From Candidatus Bathyarchaeota archaeon (GTDB taxonomy: Archaea > Thermoproteota > Bathyarchaeia > Bathyarchaeales > Bathycorpusculaceae): a DNA stretch of 64,000 nucleotides. A program made the position numbers and the translations under genes. The notes below the pieces were generated by a model. The model ran no database searches. It was not told where the DNA came from and saw nothing but the letters and a program-made list of their open reading frames with translations. Positions 1 through 7,805 of this stretch are shown here, piece after piece. Numbering within the stretch: position 1 is the first letter of the stretch; every line of letters begins with the position of its first letter. The DNA is taken from positions 17,833-81,832 of the forward strand of contig JAOZHU010000008.1 in NCBI GenBank assembly GCA_026014705.1, given 5' to 3'.

Positions 1-18
1 GCAAAAAAGCAGAGTTAC

Positions 19-744
19 GTGTGGCTGGATGAACTCAGCACCAAAGAAGCCGCTGTTGCCGCCAATGCAGGTACTGTGGTCATTTTCCCCGTTGGCAGCG
101 TGGAGGAACATGGTGACCATTTGCCGTTGTGCACGGATAGCATCCAACCTGAATATGTGGCTGTGGAAGTTGCTAAGCGGACGGGGTGTTTAGTGGCGCC
201 TCCGTTTCGGCATGGCGTTTGTAACGCTGGCAGAAACTTCCCTGGAACCATGAGCATCGAGTTTGAGACTTTGCGGATGGTGGCGCGTGACGTGCTTGCT
301 GAACTCGTGCGAAACGGTTTCAACCGCATCATCGTCTTAAGCGGTCACGCTGGTTCTTCGCATATGGTGGCGTTGCGGTTGGCGGCGCAGGAAGTTGTAA
401 AGCAGTCAAGCCCAGTTTCGGCGAGGAAAACGCGGATTATGGTGTTGTCGGATTTTGATTTCGCGTTTGAAGTGAAGGATTTGGGTTTTCCTGAGACTGA
501 TGGGCATGCTGGTGCCGTGGAGACGTCGCGGGTGATGGCTATTCGCCCTGATTTGGTTAAGGGTAAGGGCAAGGCTGGCGTTATGAATGTGCCGCGGTTT
601 GAGATTGTGCCTGACCCAGAGAAGTATTTTGAGGGTGGCGTGAACGGAGACCCAACCTTGGCTTCGGATGCGAAAGGCAAAGCCATAAACGCCTATGTGG
701 TAGAGCAAGTGGCGAAGCTGGTTGAAGAATTAAAATGCAACTAG
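19..744 (+). CDS. creatininase-family metal-dependent amidohydrolase (ArfB/MptB-like)
   Basis: 241-aa ORF with VIFPVGSVEEHGDHLP, LSGHAGS and ETDGHAG motifs typical of the creatininase fold. The frame is open to the window edge, so the true start may be upstream. Confidence 0.7.
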   Translation: MWLDELSTKEAAVAANAGTVVIFPVGSVEEHGDHLPLCTDSIQPEYVAVEVAKRTGCLVAPPFRHGVCNAGRNFPGTMSIEFETLRMVARDVLAELVRNGFNRIIVLSGHAGSSHMVALRLAAQEVVKQSSPVSARKTRIMVLSDFDFAFEVKDLGFPETDGHAGAVETSRVMAIRPDLVKGKGKAGVMNVPRFEIVPDPEKYFEGGVNGDPTLASDAKGKAINAYVVEQVAKLVEELKCN

Positions 745-769
745 GATTAGCCGCAGCCTTTTTCTCAAA

Positions 770-1396
770 TCATTTTGTCTTGAGCTTTTGACCGATTAAC
801 ACGCGGTAGCCGCTTTCTCTGGCGAGAACTGTGCAGTTGCCGAAGGTCTCGTTGAAAACGGTTGGCAATGTTTTTCCGCCAATTTTTGACCGCACCACCA
901 TTTGAAGAGTGGCTTGGTCTGCCATTGCTTTCGGCGCTTCAGTTATTATGGCTTTAACGGTTTGCATGCCTGCGCTTACAGGCGGGTTCGACAGTACACA
1001 GTTAAAGGTCAAGTCTTTGACTGGTTCATACAAGTAGCCGCTTCTGGCTTCGGCGTTTGGGGTTCGGTTTTTCCTGATGTTATGGTCTGCAAGTTCAACT
1101 GCGCGCGTGTTAACATCTGTCATGACCACATGCAGTTGCGGTTTGAAGGCGGCTGCTACTATGCCAACTGCACCGTATCCACAGCCTATGTCGAGTATTC
1201 TGCCTGTTTCTGGGAGAATCATGTTTTCGATGAGCAGTCGGGTTCCTGTGTCAACGCGTTTTTTGGAGAAAACGGTTGAGGCTGTGAGGAACTCGAATTG
1301 TTTGCCGCGCAATTTGGTGCGGATTACGCCGAGGTGCGCCTTGGATTTTGGGGTTGCTGAAAAATAGTGTTCTGCGCTGGTTTTGTCCTCGGTCAT
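770..1396 (-). CDS. class I SAM-dependent methyltransferase, RsmC/RlmG small-domain type
   Basis: ILDIGCGYGAVG (SAM motif I) and LSNPP (motif IV). The start forms an ATGA overlap with the cbf5 stop, so it is probably co-transcribed. Confidence 0.7.
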   Translation of the reverse strand: MTEDKTSAEHYFSATPKSKAHLGVIRTKLRGKQFEFLTASTVFSKKRVDTGTRLLIENMILPETGRILDIGCGYGAVGIVAAAFKPQLHVVMTDVNTRAVELADHNIRKNRTPNAEARSGYLYEPVKDLTFNCVLSNPPVSAGMQTVKAIITEAPKAMADQATLQMVVRSKIGGKTLPTVFNETFGNCTVLARESGYRVLIGQKLKTK

Positions 1397-2403
1397 TCTT
1401 TGTTACCACTTTTCCAGACTTTGGGGTATGTGCCTCTGGGCATCACAACCCTCTGGAGCGCGGCTGCCGTGCCATGTTTCAGGTTCAAGATTTCTTCGGT
1501 AGAGAGAAGCGCCTTCGCTAAGGCTACGGCTTCGCCTTTCAAGGTTTCAATAACGGTTATTGCACCTTTAGTTATGCCGCTTTCGATGGATAAAACGCCG
1601 GGCACGGTTAAGTTTGCGCCGTGGCATAAGGCGTCAACTGCTGAGTCGCGGACTATGATTTTGGGAATCAGCTCCAGCGCGGTTTCCATGGGCTGAATAA
1701 ACTTTCGGAGTATTCTCTCGTCTTCGGTCTCTTGCCACTCTACGAACCAGTAGGCTACATCGTGCAGCGTCACTTTAGTGGGGCTGTTTTCGGAGAAGGG
1801 ACCTGCGCGTGTTCTGCGGAGTTCTTGCATGTGAGCACCGCAGTTCAGGATTTCGCCGATGTCATAGCAGAGTTTCCGAATGTAGGTTCCGCCTTCGCAG
1901 CCGACTTTAAACAGTACATTTCGCCCGTTCATTTCGAGGAAGTCTATATAGTATATGCGTCTGGTTCGCAGTTGCCTCTTAACTGAAGACCTCAGCGGAG
2001 GGCGCTGGTAAATTTCATCTTCGAATTCCTTCAAAACTTTACGGACTTGCCATTCTTCGGCGTCGCCGTGGAGTTTCATTATGCACACGTATTCTTTGCC
2101 GCTGTAAAGCAAGGCTTGGACAATTTTCGTAGAATCCTCTAAAGTGATGGGCAACACGCCTGTTACTTTGGGGTCGAGTGTTCCGCCGTGTCCTATGCGC
2201 GTCAAATGCAGGATTTTCTTTGTCCAAGCGGCGACTTCGTGGCTTGTCGGTCCAGCGGGTTTGTCCAAGTTTATTACGCCGTAGCGGATGTAATCCTCAG
2301 TTGGTCTTTCTTGCGGTTTGCAGCCGAATTTTGGGTTCGTGGTGTCTTCTGTCTTCACCAGTAGTTCGCGCTTGATTTCCCATGGCGGAGTAGTTTTCGG
2401 CAT
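1393..2403 (-). CDS. cbf5: H/ACA RNP pseudouridine synthase Cbf5 (TruB family with PUA domain)
   Basis: 336 aa with KPAGPTSHEV and GHGGTLDPKVTGVLP catalytic Asp motifs and a C-terminal PUA-like region. Sits next to rpl14e, as in many archaea. Confidence 0.9.
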   Translation of the reverse strand: MPKTTPPWEIKRELLVKTEDTTNPKFGCKPQERPTEDYIRYGVINLDKPAGPTSHEVAAWTKKILHLTRIGHGGTLDPKVTGVLPITLEDSTKIVQALLYSGKEYVCIMKLHGDAEEWQVRKVLKEFEDEIYQRPPLRSSVKRQLRTRRIYYIDFLEMNGRNVLFKVGCEGGTYIRKLCYDIGEILNCGAHMQELRRTRAGPFSENSPTKVTLHDVAYWFVEWQETEDERILRKFIQPMETALELIPKIIVRDSAVDALCHGANLTVPGVLSIESGITKGAITVIETLKGEAVALAKALLSTEEILNLKHGTAAALQRVVMPRGTYPKVWKSGNKE

Positions 2404-2459
2404 GTGTGGGCGTGTTCTCCTGTAGTAAAAAAAGAGAATAGGATGTATAAGCGTTTGGT

Positions 2460-2744
2460 TTATGCTGCTACGGTTTTCGTTTTCGGCGTCATTTCTTCCA
2501 GTTTGCCGGCGTTTTTCAGGGTTGTGGTGACTTCTTCGTCTGATGCGCCTCTGGGTATGTCGATTTTGTCTTGGAGTGGTCTAAGGTGGTTTATGTTGAC
2601 TCTTTTCCTTTTGACTCCAGTGGTTTTTTGTGGTCCCGTAATTAGCACGAAGCTTTTGTCCATGACGTCGATTATGACGCATTTTTTTCCAGTTTCGCGG
2701 CCTGCCAGTTTCACGCAGATTCTGCCTATTTCTATGGAGGGCAT
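2460..2744 (-). CDS. rpl14e: 50S ribosomal protein L14e
   Basis: 94 aa. IEIGRICVKLAGRETGKKCVIIDVMD is a KOW-like motif characteristic of archaeal L14e. Confidence 0.85.
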   Translation of the reverse strand: MPSIEIGRICVKLAGRETGKKCVIIDVMDKSFVLITGPQKTTGVKRKRVNINHLRPLQDKIDIPRGASDEEVTTTLKNAGKLEEMTPKTKTVAA

Positions 2745-3013
2745 CCTTTTCTGGCTCCTTCTCGAGATTGTAGATAATTGAACTGTTAGCGCATATTTAA
2801 ATTTGATATTCTTTCAGCAACTCGGTTGAATGCACGGCGCTCCTGAAATCAAAGAGAAGTCACCGAGCACGCTTGCAGTAGCTATCTTTTCGCGACGGTA
2901 TGAGCAAGGGCTGCCTTATGGACGGCGTAAACTGAGCAGGTTGGGAAGTTAGCGCTTTGCACGAAGGACGGAGTTGCGAGCGACCAGTTCTTGCTGCTGA
3001 AGAAAAACAGTGG

Positions 3014-3580
3014 TTACTTCCTCAGTTTCAGCAGGTAATTCTTCTTGACTGCGACAATGTCTAATAGTGAATGCATGGTTTCGGATTTTTCTTTAACGTC
3101 AAATCCCTTCGTTTTATCTCTTGCTTCCTCCAGAACCATTTCAAGCTCGCCGATTTCCAAAACGGTTGCGGCTATGCAGTAGAGGCTTTTTGAGCGTCCT
3201 TCATTGAATTCCGTCAGCATCTGTTTGAGCAACTGCTCACGGGTTTTCTGTTCTTTCTCGAACTGGGCAAGCCCATTGTTATGGATGAATGCGATGTTGT
3301 CTTCAACTTTCTGGTAAGAAAGAATTGAATCGTGCTCTTTGCCGCTCTCCCTGTGCTTGCACCATCTTTCGCAAGTTTTACTCTCTTCGCAGAATCCGCA
3401 GAACTCTACGCCCTTCTTCTTAAGTGCACAGTTATGGAAGGGGCATGTAGCACCCATGCGGAATTCGCTTTTGCAGCCGCCGCATTTACTTTTTGTTTCT
3501 CTGTGGTAAGCTGGGCAAAGCCTGCAGGAGAGACCGCAAATGCCGATTTCCACATAGCTGATCTGCATTGAAGCTTTCAC
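3014..3580 (-). CDS. Cys-rich DUF3795-like protein
   Basis: N-terminal CGLSCRLCPAY...CGGC...CPFHNC...CGFC cysteine pattern typical of DUF3795. The start may be the internal MQISY. Confidence 0.55.
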   Translation of the reverse strand: MKASMQISYVEIGICGLSCRLCPAYHRETKSKCGGCKSEFRMGATCPFHNCALKKKGVEFCGFCEESKTCERWCKHRESGKEHDSILSYQKVEDNIAFIHNNGLAQFEKEQKTREQLLKQMLTEFNEGRSKSLYCIAATVLEIGELEMVLEEARDKTKGFDVKEKSETMHSLLDIVAVKKNYLLKLRK

Positions 3581-3641
3581 ATTGTGAACAGTACTCTGTT
3601 GCGTTCTTATGGCTTTGCATCGGCAAGAGCTAAAGTGGGTC

Positions 3642-4634
3642 TCAAATGGGCTTAAGCAGCAGTCTGTATGCTTCTTCCTCGATTTCAGCTACTTCCAACA
3701 AGCGGGCTGAGACTTGCTTTCCATTCTGTTGCATGGCTGCTCTGCAAAGTTCAATAATTACCGCTCCTGATTTTTGGAAAAGTGCGGAAGCTTCGTTCCA
3801 GCATTCTACTTTGTACTTGTTTCCCAGCGCTTTCAAGACAGTTGCTTGCCTGAACCGCATTCCATCGCTGTTCTCGTAAGTTATTGGTAGCATCGGCGGC
3901 GTAGTTGCGTAAGCGACCATTTGCTCGAAGCATTTCTTGTCATTCCACTCGGGGATTTGCTCCGTGGCCTTTTGCATTGCAGGAATGCCGAAGAGGTTTA
4001 CTGGCGGTTTCAGCTGCTTCTCTGCCTTGAAGCGGAAACCTTTCGCTGCGACTTCAAACTCGGATGGAATTTTCTCAGGGAGGGCAAACGCTCTGAACGT
4101 GTTCTTCTTGCTCATCCCTGGCGTGCTAACGTCCAAGGATTTTTCAAACTCTTCATACGATATTCTCTGTGCCTGTTTGCAGCAACAGTCATGCACAAAA
4201 ACCGTCTTTTCCTCATCGTCGTATCCAACTACAAGAACGTAATGGATTGGAACATGAATTTTCTTGTAAAGGTAGGGAAAATAATGCAAGTAGTACATGT
4301 CAAGTGCGCCAGCCATCACTGGCAGTCCATCGTCGATGAATCTTTTGAGTTTCGTTAACATGGATTTGAAAGCTTTTCCTTCGATCACGGTTTCGCTGAA
4401 CCCAGTGATTTGGGCAAGGTCTCTTATCAGGTATTTCGGACATGCTCCCCAGTATACTTGATGCGGTGGATTTGCTCTTTTAGAATTGATGAAGGCAAAG
4501 CCGGGCATTCCGCCGACGGATGACAGCAAAAAGTCAGGGTAGTTTACGCCTTTCCAAGCGAACATGTCTTCCAACCCATTCCAGAAGCATGTGGACTCGC
4601 AGACTCTATGCGGTAACGTTATGAGCTTTTTCAT
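3642..4634 (-). CDS. BtrH_N/DUF4872-like protein (papain-like fold family)
   Basis: 330 aa. The N-terminal C-x-STCFWNGLEDM and the later HYVLVVGYDD pattern resemble the butirosin BtrH N-domain family. Call is from memory only. Confidence 0.5.
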   Translation of the reverse strand: MKKLITLPHRVCESTCFWNGLEDMFAWKGVNYPDFLLSSVGGMPGFAFINSKRANPPHQVYWGACPKYLIRDLAQITGFSETVIEGKAFKSMLTKLKRFIDDGLPVMAGALDMYYLHYFPYLYKKIHVPIHYVLVVGYDDEEKTVFVHDCCCKQAQRISYEEFEKSLDVSTPGMSKKNTFRAFALPEKIPSEFEVAAKGFRFKAEKQLKPPVNLFGIPAMQKATEQIPEWNDKKCFEQMVAYATTPPMLPITYENSDGMRFRQATVLKALGNKYKVECWNEASALFQKSGAVIIELCRAAMQQNGKQVSARLLEVAEIEEEAYRLLLKPI

Positions 4635-4816
4635 GTTTCTCCACTAACCAGTCTTAAACTAACCTAATTTGGGCGTTAATACATAGTGTAACTGTGCGGG
4701 GTTACACGGCTAACACTGCGATTGCTGATAGAGAAGGCGGCACTAAGAGTGCGTAACTTTGGCGGGTTACAGCAACTATTTATTTTTTCCGCGGCACTAT
4801 TAGCAGTGGATGCCTT

Positions 4817-5530
4817 ATGGAGAGCGTCGTCGAGAAACTCAGGCAAATCGGACTTGCCGAGTACGAAGCTAAAGCGTACTTGGCGCTGTTGAATACGCAT
4901 CTGAGTACGGCTACACGGGTTTCCGAGAGGTCAGGTGTTCCCCGCACCAAGATTTATGTGGTTCTGGAGTCTCTGCGGGATAAGGGTTGGGTGCGCGTGT
5001 ACTCAGGCGTGCCCTTGCTGTTCAAAGCAGTTGAACCATTGAGAGTGTTCGAGAAGGCTAAGGAAGACTATGCTGAGTTCTTGGCGTCCGTTCAGACGAC
5101 GCTTAAGGAAGAAGTGAATGACATGAAAGAAAAATTCGTGATAAAAAGATTCGACGTAGGCTTAGAAGGGTTGAAAGAGGCAATTAGAAAAGCCAAAACC
5201 GTGGAAATCAACAATGCCACAGCCGACTTCGTGAAAAAGGTAAGCAGCGCCTTCAAGCAAGACGCCATGGTGAAAGTGCTCCTGTTCCCCGGCGAGGCAA
5301 AGCCCAGCAACATGCCGAACGTGCAGTTCAAACAGGCTGAAATAGCCATCATAACCATAATGCGTAACAAGGAAGTTCCATCAATGTCCATAATCCTCGA
5401 CGAAGGCAGAACATTCACGGCTTTCCAAGACCCAGTCGACCACAAATACATCGTGGATGAGATGCTGTATGACGAATGCGCCCACTGCTTCGCGGGATGG
5501 AGCAGCCTAAGCTGGGGCTCAGCCACATAA
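4817..5530 (+). CDS. TrmB-family transcriptional regulator
   Basis: The N-terminal wHTH LGLAEYEAKAYLALL...TATRVSERSGVPRTKIYVVLESLRDKGWV is canonical for TrmB. A C-terminal effector-like domain follows. Confidence 0.75.
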   Translation: MESVVEKLRQIGLAEYEAKAYLALLNTHLSTATRVSERSGVPRTKIYVVLESLRDKGWVRVYSGVPLLFKAVEPLRVFEKAKEDYAEFLASVQTTLKEEVNDMKEKFVIKRFDVGLEGLKEAIRKAKTVEINNATADFVKKVSSAFKQDAMVKVLLFPGEAKPSNMPNVQFKQAEIAIITIMRNKEVPSMSIILDEGRTFTAFQDPVDHKYIVDEMLYDECAHCFAGWSSLSWGSAT

Positions 5531-5550
5531 CCCTGAGGACGTGATTAAAA

Positions 5551-5985
5551 ATGCCCATTGTTGATGGAAAATACGAAGCGAAGATTGGCACAACATTCGC
5601 CACGGCAGAGGAAGGCGTAGCGGAAATAAAGCGCATGGTTCAGAAGTCGCGGAGAATCAGAATCAGCAACATCCCCATGCGCTTGCTGGAAGAACTGAAA
5701 CCGCTGCTGAAAGACAAGGACTTGATGATAATTTTGCCTATGGGCGAGAAACCCGCCGAAGACCTGAAGCAACTCGCGCCGACAGCGACAACTAAGGCGC
5801 GGATTTACGTTGACTATCGCGGGCAGGAAGCCAACTCGGGCTCAATAAGCTTCGCGAGCACTATTTTCAATATTGCATGGGTAAACGATATTATGCTTGG
5901 TGTTTCTACAATAGAGTACGGCAAATGCGTAAAATGCATGGCTGGCAGCTTTGAGGGCGGGTGGCGATACGCTCAAAAATGGTAG
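5551..5985 (+). CDS. hypothetical protein, stand-alone paralog of the TrmB C-terminal domain
   Basis: Shares the C-terminal motif C-x2-C-[FM]-AG...GW with the end of the preceding TrmB ORF (CAHCFAGWSSLSW versus CVKCMAGSFEGGW). Confidence 0.45.
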   Translation: MPIVDGKYEAKIGTTFATAEEGVAEIKRMVQKSRRIRISNIPMRLLEELKPLLKDKDLMIILPMGEKPAEDLKQLAPTATTKARIYVDYRGQEANSGSISFASTIFNIAWVNDIMLGVSTIEYGKCVKCMAGSFEGGWRYAQKW

Positions 5986-6208
5986 CGAAAGCTTTCTGCA
6001 ATCTCCTTTCTTTTTCTGTTGCCGTAGTTGCTCCGTTATAGCCGCAGTGGGCAGTTTACGTTGCGGTAGCCACACATAAACTTAAAGAAACAGTTCAGCC
6101 TAATAGTTACAGTGTTTATTGTTTTCTGGGGGAAAGCGCGGTTTCAGAAAGGCGATTTGACAGGAGGAAAAGAGTTTAGCCGCAGAATTTGGCAGAAGGT
6201 TTTCACGT

Positions 6209-6451
6209 TTGCTCTTTAGAGTTGCCTTTGTTTTTGAACCTTTGTCGCCGCGGCTTATCTCATACTACGTGGCGCAGCGGCTGGATAAGTGGAAGCGGCA
6301 AGAGCTGATTCTTGGTTTCAAAACGCGAACCAAGCGGCTTGGCAAATTCCACTATAAAACACAGATTGACATGGACATGAACGGTGAACAAGCCGCCCGC
6401 GTTCTTGATGACTTGGCTCGCAAACTAAAAAAGAGTAGGGAGGTGAAGTAA
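6209..6451 (+). CDS. hypothetical small basic protein
   Basis: 80-aa ORF. Its stop overlaps the next ATG (TAATG). No recognisable domain. Confidence 0.3.
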   Translation: MLFRVAFVFEPLSPRLISYYVAQRLDKWKRQELILGFKTRTKRLGKFHYKTQIDMDMNGEQAARVLDDLARKLKKSREVK

Positions 6452-6597
6452 TGCCTGAAGAGAAAAAAGGACACGTGAAAATAACAATTGAAGTGGAAGT
6501 CAACGAGCCGCTCATGGACGCCATGAAGCAAGCTATGACGCAGATGTCCTCAGCGTTGCCTGAACTTGTGAAGCACAGACGCGAAGAAAAACACTAA
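6451..6597 (+). CDS. hypothetical 48-aa protein (below ORF-track cutoff)
   Basis: ATG is preceded by a strong SD (GGGAGGTG, 5 nt upstream) and overlaps the upstream stop. Translates to MPEEKKGHVKITIEVEVNEPLMDAMKQAM... Confidence 0.4.
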   Translation: MPEEKKGHVKITIEVEVNEPLMDAMKQAMTQMSSALPELVKHRREEKH

Positions 6598-6757
6598 TGC
6601 AGAACACCGTTTCCACGTTCCACTCATTTTTCGTGTACAACTTGCTGGGTAGGCGTTACGGTGGTTATTATTAATGATTTGCAGAAACGTTTTATACGTT
6701 ACCACATAAACTGCCTACTGAAAAGCCTTTCAACACGAAAGAAGTTGACTTGCAAAG

Positions 6758-7315
6758 ATGCCTAATCACAAGTATCCCGGCGCAGGAAAATTGAGGCGGA
6801 TGGGGCGCAAGCCAGAAGTCACCTTAAGCGCCATCGGTTTACGTTCAGGCATGGTGTTCATGGACATAGGCTGCGGAGACGGCTTCTTCACCATTCCCGC
6901 TGCGCAACTTGTAGGCGAAGCAGGCAGAGTTTACGCTGTGGATGCCGATGCGGCTGCCGTGGAAAAGCTGAGAGACAAAGCTGCAGAAAAAGGCTTAACG
7001 AACATAACCGCTAAGCTTGGGTTGGCAGAGGAAACAGTGTTTTGTGAAGTATGCGCCGACATAGTCTTCTACAGTCGAGTGCTACACGACTTCAAGGACC
7101 CAGCGAGAGTTTTACGAAACGCCAAGCAAATGCTCAAGCCTACTGGGCGACTGGTGAATTTGGACTGGAAGAAGAAACCCACAATGTTCGGTCCTCCAGT
7201 GCGCATTCGTTTTAGTGAAGAGCAGGCTGCAGATCTCATTAAGGCTGCTGGCTTCACCATTGAAAGCGTAGCGTCTGCTGGGCGGAACTTTTACATTATC
7301 ACGGCGAAACCGTGA
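6758..7315 (+). CDS. class I SAM-dependent methyltransferase
   Basis: VFMDIGCGDGFFTIPAA motif I and the downstream acidic loop VYAVDAD. Confidence 0.75.
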   Translation: MPNHKYPGAGKLRRMGRKPEVTLSAIGLRSGMVFMDIGCGDGFFTIPAAQLVGEAGRVYAVDADAAAVEKLRDKAAEKGLTNITAKLGLAEETVFCEVCADIVFYSRVLHDFKDPARVLRNAKQMLKPTGRLVNLDWKKKPTMFGPPVRIRFSEEQAADLIKAAGFTIESVASAGRNFYIITAKP

Positions 7316-7319
7316 ACGC

Positions 7320-7559
7320 TTAGGCTACTGTGCCTACGAGTTTGGTTCTCTCGAGAACTTCGCCTCCGTGAGGCGCCATTTCTAATTCTTCAGTGAGGTC
7401 TTTACCCGCTTGATGAGCGCCGAAGTGGTCGCCGTCCAGCCAGAAAGAGCTTGTGGACACATCGTAAACTTTGCCTTTATACGCTACGTAAGCTGGTTTC
7501 CCGTTTTTCCCGTCGTATTCAGCTAATTCCTCAAGTGTGAATTTTTTAGCTTCAGCCAA
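7320..7559 (-). CDS. cytochrome b5-like heme/steroid-binding domain protein
   Basis: 79 aa. FTLEELAEYDGKNGKPAYVAYKGKVYDVS...GDHFGAHQAGKDLT matches the MAPR/cyt-b5-like signature. Confidence 0.65.
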   Translation of the reverse strand: MAEAKKFTLEELAEYDGKNGKPAYVAYKGKVYDVSTSSFWLDGDHFGAHQAGKDLTEELEMAPHGGEVLERTKLVGTVA

Positions 7560-7805
7560 AACATCACCTTCCCATTCAACTGTTAAGAAGCGAAGGCGGT
7601 TTTAAACATTTAGGAAACCAGCGCGCAACCGCCATCCGCAACAGGCAGTAGCTTTAGCTGAATACGTTTGCTAATCAAGAAATTAATGTGCGCGCTTGAG
7701 AATAGCCTCATTTTGGAATGCTGCTTGTTCTCCCAAACAATTCTCTCATTTAGCCACGTTCCAAACAAAAAAATAGAGGGAAATTGTGTATTTTTTCTCG
7801 CAAAG

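Noticed and set aside
2780-3013. ~230-bp ORF-free, relatively GC-rich gap next to rpl14e/cbf5, with possible terminal pairing (CAGCAA...TTGCTG), considered as a structured ncRNA (SRP RNA, RNase P, H/ACA or C/D sRNA)
   Set aside because: I could not find the conserved motifs of any of these RNA families (no CR-I/CR-V, no SRP helix-8 motif, no clear C/D or ACA boxes). The terminal pairing needs bulges and could be chance. A covariance-model scan would settle it.
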